64,000 bases of DNA from Bacilli bacterium (GCA_045597865.1 JAZLKX010000046.1:27796-91795); one strand, 5' to 3'; positions 8,782 to 16,854 are shown, counted from the stretch's first letter. Program-made: numbers and translations. The notes: a model not told the origin generated them from the letters alone.

Positions 8782-8802
8782 TGTTTATTAAACACAAATG
8801 TA
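8782..8802 (-). promoter_or_regulatory. promoter of the ncRNA cluster with operator-like palindrome
   Basis: TACATTTG followed by TGTGTTTAATAAACA directly before the twister. Confidence 0.6.
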
Positions 8803-8869
8803 CAGATTTTTGTAGAACTACAAAAGTTTTGGTAAGAAATTTGTAGTTATTTCGTAATCTGATATTAAT

Positions 8870-9220
8870 GTGAATGAAAAAATGGAAAAAATATATTTCA
8901 AACAGTGGTATAGTGAACAATTTTATGAGCAATGCCTAAATATAATAGGTTATTTCCCACTGTTGCAATTAACGTTATTATATCGTAAAAACCCACAAAT
9001 TGAAATAATTAATAATATACTATATTTTAAAATCAATGAAGATGATTTATTAGAGCATATATACTATACAAATAGTATTGAAAATGGTAATTGCATTAAA
9101 ATCAATAACAATATTTATTTAAAGATTAATGAAACCTTTTTAATAAATCCTTGTGACGTAGTTTTTGTGTTAAAAAAGACAAAAAAAGGCATAGTTTTGG
9201 ATTATATTATTCGTAGCTAA
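8870..9220 (+). CDS. hypothetical protein
   Basis: isolated AT-rich plus-strand ORF. Confidence 0.45.
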   Translation: MNEKMEKIYFKQWYSEQFYEQCLNIIGYFPLLQLTLLYRKNPQIEIINNILYFKINEDDLLEHIYYTNSIENGNCIKINNNIYLKINETFLINPCDVVFVLKKTKKGIVLDYIIRS

Positions 9221-9283
9221 TTCTTAATCTTTAAATAAAAAATCATCAATTATTTATACTCGCTGATGATGACGAGTCGCTGA

Positions 9284-9664
9284 TTATTTAGATAAACTTT
9301 TCAAAAGTTTTTCGTCTATATCAGCAATTACTTTGTTACCAACACAGAATTTAATTGTCTTGTCTTCTGAGTCTTTGTTTTTTTGGCAAACAATAAAAGA
9401 AACTAGATTTCTTTTTATGTCTTTTAGTTTGCTTGCCTTGTTTGTTGGCATAAAGGTTGCCAACAAATGTTTATCGTCTACATTTTTGACAGGAAGAAAT
9501 ATTTCCTCCTCCAACACGTTTTCGACTTCTTTTGAAATTAGTGCTCTAATAATTGAGCAACTAAATTTTTCATTAGTTTTTGAGTTTACACCTGAAAAAG
9601 GTATAATCTCAAAATCTTTAATAAAAGATGTAACGTCTTGACAATATGCTTTACTTGTTATCAT
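9284..9664 (-). CDS. hypothetical protein
   Basis: 126-aa ORF with ATG and AT-rich leader. Confidence 0.6.
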   Translation of the reverse strand: MITSKAYCQDVTSFIKDFEIIPFSGVNSKTNEKFSCSIIRALISKEVENVLEEEIFLPVKNVDDKHLLATFMPTNKASKLKDIKRNLVSFIVCQKNKDSEDKTIKFCVGNKVIADIDEKLLKSLSK

Positions 9665-9937
9665 AATAATAAAATTTTGAAGTTTATAATTAAGTTTTAT
9701 GCTTTTTATTTAACATTGCAAGCATACACAATCAACCTACGAGGGTTACCCCTGTCAGTCAAAAATAAGCCCCCACTTCGTTAATTATTCTCCGCTCATA
9801 TTTTTTCAAAAAAAAATTAAAAAGACTTTTTTGAATCCAATAATTTCGGATTAATTAATAGATGAAAAATTTTTCTAAAAAAAATTGAAAAAAAATTTTT
9901 AAAAAAAATAGATATAGACAAAGATTAAAAAATGAGA

Positions 9938-10292
9938 TTTAAGACCATTTTTCTTCGGTTTAAGAAACTTTAATATCAAAGATGATAAAGTCATTGATTT
10001 TTTAAAAATAATGTCTTAGAATTAAAATTTTAAAATTTAATAAAAATAAACTTTGAAGAATAAAACCAAGGAAAGATTTAAAAATCGAAAATTGAGTTTA
10101 AAAAAATGAAAATGGTTTTAGAAATGATTTAAATGGAATTAACAGGATTTTTAAAGATTGAAAAAATTAATAAAGATTTTAGTTAGTGATTAATAGACAC
10201 AACATATCGAATTTAGCCATTTTTAAACGATTTAAGAGATTTTAATTTGGAAGTTGAACAATTTATCGACTTTTGAAAAATAATGGCTTAAA
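9938..10292. repeat. two degenerate ~82-bp direct repeats with inverted ends
   Basis: 9938-10020 and 10212-10292 share TTTA(A)G(A)CCATTTTT...TTTAAGA...AAAAATAATG(T/G)CTTA. Confidence 0.6.
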
Positions 10293-10451
10293 ACGAAGAT
10301 TTTGAAGGTTGATTAAAAATTGAGATTGAGGAAAGAGATTTGAAGTTGGAGTTGAAGGATTTTATTTGGACCTCGAAAAAAAATTTTGGGTTGGGGTTTA
10401 AAAGTTCTTTGATTACTTTCTTACAAGAAAGTAATGCCACGCGGCGAGCGG

Positions 10452-10668
10452 TTTCTCTTTTTCTTTTTTCTGTTTCTTTGCTTTTTTCTTTTTTTATTTT
10501 CTTTTTTCTTTTCTTTTTTCTTTTATCTTTTTTCTCTCTTTACTTCTTTTTCTTTTATGTTACTTTTCTTTTTCTTCGTTTCTCTCTTTTTTCGTTTTTC
10601 TTTTTTCTTTTCTTTTTTCTTTGTTTTTTTTCTTTTTTCATTTCTTTATCTTTTTTCTTTTTCTCTTT
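10452..10668. repeat. polypyrimidine low-complexity tract
   Basis: ~215 bp almost entirely TTTTC-type units. Confidence 0.85.
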
Positions 10669-10861
10669 ATGAGCTTGTCTAAAGTTAGGATATAGTTTAC
10701 AAAACCTTGTTATAGACCTTGTATTGATAGGTATATACTTTACTTTCTGTTAGGTGTATAAAATACACTTAATGAATAAATAAATTGTTAATTGCATAAA
10801 AACAAGGATTTTTTACATTAGAAAAAAAGTTTAATTTTTTTTGAAAAAAGTTGCGAAAAAA

Positions 10862-10893
10862 TTTGGAAATGTGTTTTATAAACACTATATTTG
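10862..10893 (+). promoter_or_regulatory. Bacteroidota-type promoter with operator-like palindrome
   Basis: TTTG (-33), TGTGTTTTATAAACAC, TATATTTG (-7). Confidence 0.7.
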
Positions 10894-10915
10894 CATTGTC
10901 AAAAGATTTAAAGAT

Positions 10916-11074
10916 ATGTGGAAAGTTGAGATAGTTCAGGGAGGAGAATCGAAGATGATAGAGTTCTTGAACGAGAATAAAATAAAACCTGAGGATATAT
11001 ACAAGATTGAGAGTGTAAGTCCGAGGGAAATAAAAATAATTTACTATGACAGACGAGGAAAAACAAATAGATAA
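10916..11074 (+). CDS. hypothetical protein (52 aa)
   Basis: ATG downstream of promoter; the longer TTG start would overlap the promoter. Confidence 0.55.
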   Translation: MWKVEIVQGGESKMIEFLNENKIKPEDIYKIESVSPREIKIIYYDRRGKTNR

Positions 11075-11252
11075 TGAACCATTTTATTTCTGCAAGAATT
11101 GCGGTAGTCCGAAGATCTTAATGGTAGATGGGATAGACTACTGCGATGATTGCGGTAGTGATTCTATCCACGAGGGGACGATAGAAGAATGGCTTAATAG
11201 TGAAGTGAAAAACAAGTACGATAATAGCAAAAAGCGGAAGGACTCATTTTGA
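11046..11252 (+). CDS. zinc-ribbon protein
   Basis: CKNC...CDDC pairs. Confidence 0.7.
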   Translation: MTDEEKQIDNEPFYFCKNCGSPKILMVDGIDYCDDCGSDSIHEGTIEEWLNSEVKNKYDNSKKRKDSF

Positions 11253-11387
11253 TTTTAATTGATTTTAAGTTTGTAATTTTAAGTTTTTAATTATTAATTG
11301 GGCATATTCTTTTTAATTGAACTTATTGGAATTGAAAGAGTTTATTATGTTTTGGATATGCCCAAATTTATTTAGTGTTTTAGAGAT

Positions 11388-11457
11388 TGCGGGGTAGTGT
11401 AATGGTTGCACGTTAGGCTCATAACCTAGAAGTCCTGTTCGATTCAGGCGACCGCTA
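11388..11457 (+). tRNA. tRNA-Met(CAT), initiator-like, weak acceptor stem
   Basis: TTAGG-CTCATAA-CCTAG anticodon arm, CCTG-TTCGATT-CAGG T arm; no encoded CCA. Confidence 0.65.
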
Positions 11458-11494
11458 CTAATAATAGAATGTTAAATTTTAAAAACAAATAAAG

Positions 11495-12187
11495 ATGAAT
11501 GAAGTAAAGATTTTTGAAAACCAAGAATTTGGTAGTGTAAGAACAGTAGTAAATGGAGACAAAGTTCTTTTTTGTGGCTCTGATGTAGCAAAAGTATTAG
11601 GTTATGCAAGACCAAATGATGCTATAAATCAACATTGTAAGGGTGATGCGGTGTTTTGCCGTATCATCGACTCACTTGGTAGAGAGCAAGAAGCAAGATT
11701 TATTACAGAAGGTGATGTTTACAGACTAATTGCTCACTCAAAACTACCAGCAGCACAAAAATTTGAAAGTTGGGTATTCGACGAAGTATTACCAACAATT
11801 CGTAAGACTGGTTCTTATGTACCACAATCATTTGCCGAAGCGTTGAAACTTGCTTACGAGCAACAACTAAAGATTGAACAACAAAGCAAAGAGATTAAAG
11901 CTCTACAACCAAAAGCAGATTATTTTGACGATTTGGTAGAAAGAAATCTACTGACAAACTTTAGAGATACTGCTAAAGAATTTAATATGAACCAAAAGGT
12001 TTTTATTAATTGGTTGATGGACAATCACTACATATTTAGAGATAATAAAGGTCAATTAAAACCTTATAACGAACATGTTGTAAATGATTTGTTTAATATT
12101 AAAGAATGGAAAACAAAAGACAGTACAGGTATTCAAACATTGATTACTTGCAAAGGAAAGGAAACATTTAGACTGTTGATCAAATAA
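11495..12187 (+). CDS. BRO-N/KilAC (ANT) antirepressor
   Basis: FENQEFGSVRT, DVAKVLGY, EGDVYRLI, WVFDEVLPTIRKTGSY, PKADYFD. Confidence 0.92.
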   Translation: MNEVKIFENQEFGSVRTVVNGDKVLFCGSDVAKVLGYARPNDAINQHCKGDAVFCRIIDSLGREQEARFITEGDVYRLIAHSKLPAAQKFESWVFDEVLPTIRKTGSYVPQSFAEALKLAYEQQLKIEQQSKEIKALQPKADYFDDLVERNLLTNFRDTAKEFNMNQKVFINWLMDNHYIFRDNKGQLKPYNEHVVNDLFNIKEWKTKDSTGIQTLITCKGKETFRLLIK

Positions 12188-12242
12188 ATTACTTCATTCA
12201 TAAAGAGGGCAAAGTTACCTATGTAATATAAAGCCCTCATAT

Positions 12243-12317
12243 GGACCTTTAGCTCAGTTGGTTTAGAGCAAGAAACTCATAATTTCGAGGTCGTAGGTTC
12301 AAGTCCTGCAAGGTCCA
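12243..12317 (+). tRNA. tRNA-Ile2/Met (CAT)
   Basis: canonical cloverleaf GGACCTT/AAGGTCC+A, loop CTCATAA; body resembles lysidine-type Ile2 tRNAs. Confidence 0.85.
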
Positions 12318-12554
12318 CACGGGGCTACACTGATAGTAAACATATTTTACTAAAAGGTGGTATGGCAATCAGTTCAGTGTTTAGCCTTGTTTTAAAAATG
12401 GTGTATTGATACGCTCTAATGTTACGGTGTAGTTGCTTATGTTAATGGTGTGGGCAGGGTAACGAAGTTCTCTGAGATAAAGCAGAAGCCCGAATAAGAC
12501 CTTTATTCCTTAGTGCACAAATGGGAATGTGGAAAGAAGCGACAACAATACAAA

Positions 12555-12626
12555 AGAACCTTAGTTTTAAATGGATAGAACAGCTCCCTAAAGGAGAAGA
12601 TAAGAGTTCAAGTCTCTTAGGTTCAC
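12555..12626 (+). tRNA. tRNA-like/pseudo-tRNA with 5-nt anticodon loop
   Basis: GAACCT/AGGTTC acceptor, GTTT/GAAC D arm, AAGAG-TTCAAGT-CTCTT T arm, CTCC-CTAAA-GGAG anticodon arm. Confidence 0.6.
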
Positions 12627-12786
12627 AATTAAAAATTTTTTTTTCGTTTTTTTTAATTGAAATTGAGTTTTTGGAGAAAAAATCAGCTCCTGTGAAGCTA
12701 GTTGATTTTCTGTTATAGACTGACTACGTGTCAAATAATAGTTCAAATACAAAAGAGAACATATAACATTTTTAAACAAGAAAGGA

Positions 12787-13224
12787 ATGGAAATAAAGTA
12801 TAATAACATAATAGCAAAAAAGATAGATAACGTCTATGATTTTTATTTTACTTGGTTGTCGTTTCATAATCCTATTTTAGGGTTGACAATGCGAGAAATA
12901 AAAGTTTTAGCGTATTTATTGAAACGAAGAAAAGAAATATTAGAAACTAAGAAAGACTTATCTGAGAAAGAGATTTATGATATAATGATTTCTAAAAATG
13001 AAAGAGAAAGTCTTATAGCATTTCTAGAACAAAGATGGACAAGAGATTTGACAGACAGTCATCTTCAAGTAATATTTTCGATGCTTAGAAAAAGAAAATT
13101 ACTAAGTAAAGAAGATGGGTTTAATAAAAAGATATTACCAAAGAAAAAAGAAAATAAGACAGCTCAAATATTAATCTTAATCGACATATGCAACCAAGAC
13201 ATTATCAAACAGTTAGAGATATAA
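12787..13224 (+). CDS. hypothetical protein, possible winged-HTH regulator
   Basis: LTMREIKVLAYLL...LQVIFSMLRKRKLL pattern. Confidence 0.55.
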   Translation: MEIKYNNIIAKKIDNVYDFYFTWLSFHNPILGLTMREIKVLAYLLKRRKEILETKKDLSEKEIYDIMISKNERESLIAFLEQRWTRDLTDSHLQVIFSMLRKRKLLSKEDGFNKKILPKKKENKTAQILILIDICNQDIIKQLEI

Positions 13225-13451
13225 CAACCATTATTCAACAAAAAACTAAAGATGAGAATGGTAAGAATAGATACACTAAACACCAAATTTCAGTGTGTTT
13301 AAATGCGTTTCTTAAACACTTACATTATATGATTCATCACTCTAACAGAATAGAGTCGGTAGAAGATGTAAATAAAAAAGAGTTTAATCGAGTGATTATG
13401 AATAATCTAGGAACTTTTTATATAAAACATAAAATAAAACCTCAAAAATAA
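13188..13451 (+). CDS. HU/IHF-like protein
   Basis: two helices then NLGTFYI, resembling the HU GFGTF strand. Confidence 0.45.
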   Translation: MQPRHYQTVRDITTIIQQKTKDENGKNRYTKHQISVCLNAFLKHLHYMIHHSNRIESVEDVNKKEFNRVIMNNLGTFYIKHKIKPQK

Positions 13452-13832
13452 ATGGAAGAATTTAAAAGAGAAAACTACAAACCTATTGGAAGTAGATTAG
13501 TTGTAACAGCCAATAGATATTCGGAAGAAAATGAAAGTAGTAAAATCAGCGGAGTAAAGATAATTAAAGTTGAAGAAATCAACGAATATTACAAAGAAGT
13601 TCAAACAGTTGTAGCAGTTGGTACTGACAATGTTTATGGACTAAAAGTTGGTGATAAAGTTAGAATTAGCCTTAGCAACTATCCTTTGATTGGATATGAA
13701 GAAAAACCATTCCAAAAGAAAGACAAAGTTGTCGAGAGCCAATTAAAAGGATTTGCTCCACCAAGTGTTACACTGGACGGAGAACAATGCCTAGAAATCT
13801 ACCAAGCAGATGTTAGAGCAATTTTAAGTTAA
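13452..13832 (+). CDS. GroES/Cpn10-like co-chaperonin
   Basis: KPIGSRLVV, VVAVGT, LKVGDKV, ADVRAIL. Confidence 0.75.
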   Translation: MEEFKRENYKPIGSRLVVTANRYSEENESSKISGVKIIKVEEINEYYKEVQTVVAVGTDNVYGLKVGDKVRISLSNYPLIGYEEKPFQKKDKVVESQLKGFAPPSVTLDGEQCLEIYQADVRAILS

Positions 13833-13851
13833 ATAATTAAAAATAAAAGCT

Positions 13852-14043
13852 ATGGCAAAAAGAAATGAAATTTGTTGTCTTGCTTCTATTATTAGACGCG
13901 GACTAATAATAGTAAATAGAGGAGAAAAAACTCTAACCTATAATCCTAACATTACTCACATTGGTAACAAAACATGGGGTATGTTGGATTACCTAACAAA
14001 ATATTGTGGTTGGTCTTTGGTAAAAGATTACAAATTAAAATAA
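13852..14043 (+). CDS. hypothetical protein
   Basis: IGNKTWGMLDYLTKYCGW small protein. Confidence 0.65.
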   Translation: MAKRNEICCLASIIRRGLIIVNRGEKTLTYNPNITHIGNKTWGMLDYLTKYCGWSLVKDYKLK

Positions 14044-14058
14044 AAATTTAAATACAAT

Positions 14059-14352
14059 ATGCAAACATTTGATTTATCACTTGAAAATACACAACTATGG
14101 GAAGGTTGTGAAATAGAAGAAGTAGCAGGACGTAAAAACGTAACAACTCCAATGCAAGAAGCTATCAACAAAATTGGTAGAAATGCAAAAGAAATGCTTT
14201 ATCCAATAGTTGATGATACTATCGTTCTAACTGGAGCAGCTCCAGTTTGGGCATATCTAACAGTTTTTCATCAAGCAGTTCACAGATTCTCTAATGTTTA
14301 TTACAACGATGGACGAGGAGGCGAGGCAAAAGTTGCAAAACATTCTCACTAA
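14059..14352 (+). CDS. Csx3/Crn3-like (STAS-fold) putative cA4 ring nuclease
   Basis: IVLTGAAPVWAYLTVFHQAVHRFSNVYYNDGRGGEAKVAKHS matches the recalled Csx3 pattern VVISGRGPIW..H..H..YDPR..VVQSHS. Confidence 0.65.
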   Translation: MQTFDLSLENTQLWEGCEIEEVAGRKNVTTPMQEAINKIGRNAKEMLYPIVDDTIVLTGAAPVWAYLTVFHQAVHRFSNVYYNDGRGGEAKVAKHSH

Positions 14353-14533
14353 TTAGTACGAACAATCTTCGTATCAGATACATCTGGTAGTAGTCGATGA
14401 TGATGAAAAACAATGCGTAAACAATCCTTACGCATTAAAAGGTCAACAAGAGCAATGGTTTCTTACAGAAGACGGACTTTATGAAGTTCTTATGCTTTCT
14501 CGTAAACCAATCGCTAAAGAGTTTAAAAAATAA
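14353..14533 (+). pseudogene. BRO-N antirepressor remnant
   Basis: start-less VVDDDEKQCVNNPYALKGQQEQWFLTEDGLYEVLMLSRKPIAKEFKK*, preceded by an LVRTIFVS fragment. Confidence 0.75.
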
Positions 14534-14539
14534 AAAGCT

Positions 14540-15238
14540 ATGACAGAGTTAATCGCAATTAAAAACGATAACGGTAAACAAACCGTATCAGCAAGAGAAC
14601 TACACGAAAAGTTGGGTATTGAAACACGCTTTAATGATTGGTTTAAGCGTATGTGTGAGTATGGTTTTGAAGAAAAAGTAGATTTTGTAGCTATTACTCA
14701 AAAAAGAGTAACAGCTCAAGGTAATGAAACAACATTTACTGATTACGCTATCACTCTTGATATGGCGAAAGAAATCTGTATGATTCAACGTACAGAAATT
14801 GGCAAAAAGTTTCGTCAATATTTTATCGAAGCTGAAAAGCAATTCAGAAATATTGTTGAAGGCAAACAACAAGTAGAAGGTGTTTCAGATTTACAATTTA
14901 GAATTGCTGTTTACGATAGACTTCACGCTCTTGCTAACGAGTACGAAGGAAAATCTAAAACTTACAAACAAATACTTGATGCTCACGCTACTAAAGAATT
15001 GACAGGAGAGTTTTTGTTACCTCTACCAAGTCCTACAAAAAAAACTTATTCGGCTACTGAAATCGGAGAGAAACTTGGTATCTCTGCTAATAAGGTTGGT
15101 ATTATTGCTAACAAATACAAACTTAAAACAGAAGAGTTTGGCGAATGGCAAAGAACAAAGTCTAAATATTCTGCAAAAGAACTAGATACTTTTGTTTATT
15201 ATGATTCAGTAATCGAAAAATTAAAAGAATTAGTTTAA
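14540..15238 (+). CDS. AntA/AntB-family antirepressor
   Basis: VSARELHEKL, FNDWFKRM, LDMAKEICMIQR, RQYFIE; C-terminal YSATEIGEKLGISANKVG. Confidence 0.9.
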   Translation: MTELIAIKNDNGKQTVSARELHEKLGIETRFNDWFKRMCEYGFEEKVDFVAITQKRVTAQGNETTFTDYAITLDMAKEICMIQRTEIGKKFRQYFIEAEKQFRNIVEGKQQVEGVSDLQFRIAVYDRLHALANEYEGKSKTYKQILDAHATKELTGEFLLPLPSPTKKTYSATEIGEKLGISANKVGIIANKYKLKTEEFGEWQRTKSKYSAKELDTFVYYDSVIEKLKELV

Positions 15239-15312
15239 TATTAAAAGCATAAAGCAATTGATATACTAAAAACATTATGGAGAAGTTCATAATATAAAAT
15301 ATTAATTAGGAT

Positions 15313-15398
15313 AGCCGATTAGCCGAATTGGTATAGGCGGCAGACTTAAAATCTGCTCACCTGAAAAGGTGGTAAGGGTTCAAGTCCCTTATCGGCTA
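15313..15398 (+). tRNA. tRNA-Leu(TAA)
   Basis: AGCCGAT/ATCGGCT acceptor, GCAGA-CTTAAAA-TCTGC, long variable arm, TTCAAGT T loop. Confidence 0.9.
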
Positions 15399-15426
15399 CT
15401 GTTTTATTACACATATATTATTTGGA

Positions 15427-15513
15427 AGCCTTGTAGTTTAACTGGTAGAACGCTGTATTGCAATAGATAGGGATTGCTTTATGGTAGTGCAGGTTCAAAT
15501 CCTGTCAAGGTTG
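15427..15513 (+). tRNA. tRNA-like RNA with 15 extra nt in anticodon loop (GCA)
   Basis: AGCCTTG/CAAGGTT acceptor, canonical D and T arms, CTGTA/TATGG stem enclosing a 22-nt loop. Confidence 0.65.
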
Positions 15514-15583
15514 CAAAGTACCAAACTGAAAAATTGCAGTTTGGCTGAACATTAGAATATTAATATTAATAAAAAAACATAAT

Positions 15584-16354
15584 ATGACAGGCGAAATTAA
15601 AATCTTTGAGAAAGAAGAATTTGGGAAGGTAAGAACCTTAGTAATCGACAATGAACCTTGGTTTGTCGGAAAAGATGTTGCTAGTATCTTGGGGTATTCA
15701 AATACAAAAGATGCTTTAATTAAACACGTTGACGAAGAAGACAGAAACATTTTGAAAGGTAGCGATTTACGACCTTTGGAAAATCACATTCCAAAAGACG
15801 TTTTACCTGTTGATTTTGTTCAAATAGATGTTCCTAATAGAGGCTTAACTATTATTAATGAGTCAGGTGTTTATTCGTTGATTCTAGGTAGTAAACTCCC
15901 TGAAGCAAAACAATTCAAACATTGGGTTACAAGTGAAGTATTACCTTCTATTCGTAAAACAGGAACTTACAATTTGCCACAAGATTATTTATCAGCTCTA
16001 AAAGCTCTTGTTGTTTCGGAAGAACAAAAACAAACACTAGCTTTGGAAAATGCAGAAATGAAACCAAAGGCAGAGTATTATGATGCACTATGTAATAGAG
16101 AACATTTGACAAACTTTAGAGATACAGCAAAGCAACTAGGAGTAAGTCAAAGCGATTTTATTCAATTACTTTTGGATAACAATTATATATATAGAGATAA
16201 GCACAAACATTTGAAACCTTATAATCAATATATTCAAAAAGATAATCGATTATTTAAAATCAAAGACTTTGCATCTTCAACTAGTGAACACGCAGGTTGT
16301 CAAACATTGATAACAATTAAAGGTAAACAAGAATTTATGAAACTTTTAAAATAA
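15584..16354 (+). CDS. BRO-N/KilAC (ANT) antirepressor
   Basis: EPWFVGKDVASILGY, INESGVYSLILGSKLPEAKQFKHWVTSEVLPSIRKTG, PKAEYYD. Confidence 0.92.
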   Translation: MTGEIKIFEKEEFGKVRTLVIDNEPWFVGKDVASILGYSNTKDALIKHVDEEDRNILKGSDLRPLENHIPKDVLPVDFVQIDVPNRGLTIINESGVYSLILGSKLPEAKQFKHWVTSEVLPSIRKTGTYNLPQDYLSALKALVVSEEQKQTLALENAEMKPKAEYYDALCNREHLTNFRDTAKQLGVSQSDFIQLLLDNNYIYRDKHKHLKPYNQYIQKDNRLFKIKDFASSTSEHAGCQTLITIKGKQEFMKLLK

Positions 16355-16359
16355 AATAA

Positions 16360-16731
16360 ATGGAAGGAAATCAAAAGAATATCAACGATTTATCTAGAGA
16401 AGAATTGATTGAGGTTGCAAAAAACCAAAATCAATATATTCAATCTCTACAAGATGAAAATATCAATCTAAGAAACGCAGTACAAAGTAAAAAACTTGCT
16501 TTCTATATTGAAGTAGTAAAGAACAAAACTAGCTTTGACTTCGAGTTCGTAGAAAAGTCTAAAACCATCATTCAGAAAATGTTAAATCCTGATGTTGATT
16601 TGCAAATGCTCAATGAAGAAGAAACAGAAAAAGAAAATTGGCAAATGAACGAAGAAGAAGCAAAAGTTGATAAACTAGATGAAGAAGCAATTAGATTGTT
16701 AAAAGAATGTAAAGCACAAGAAGTTCAGTAA
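16360..16731 (+). CDS. hypothetical coiled-coil protein
   Basis: ORF closing the operon before a terminator. Confidence 0.65.
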   Translation: MEGNQKNINDLSREELIEVAKNQNQYIQSLQDENINLRNAVQSKKLAFYIEVVKNKTSFDFEFVEKSKTIIQKMLNPDVDLQMLNEEETEKENWQMNEEEAKVDKLDEEAIRLLKECKAQEVQ

Positions 16732-16758
16732 TTTTCATTTTATTTTTTAATTGTTTTT

Positions 16759-16791
16759 AGCTGTCTTTCCGAAAGGATTGGCAGCTTTTTT
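16759..16791 (+). terminator. intrinsic terminator
   Basis: AGCTGTC..TCC-GAAA-GGA..GGCAGCT plus T run. Confidence 0.7.
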
Positions 16792-16854
16792 ATTTTAAAA
16801 ATTAGTGTGAAAATTTTGTAGAAAATATATATATTTTTGTAAAAAAGTAATTCT

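Noticed and set aside
9258-9283. Hammerhead or C/D-box array at CTGATGATGA
   Set aside because: Single hairpin, no GAAA core partner, no repetition; probably a terminator between convergent genes
10340-10682. Two Phe-rich ORFs
   Set aside because: Artefacts of the T/C tract
12521-12809. ORFs overlapping the tRNA-like element
   Set aside because: Overlap structured RNA; no protein features
14059-14540. CRISPR array or cas locus near the Csx3-like gene
   Set aside because: No repeat-spacer structure or other cas genes
11458-15560. Theta (HDV-like) ribozymes after tRNAs
   Set aside because: No P3/L3 nested double pseudoknot seen at any tRNA 3' end
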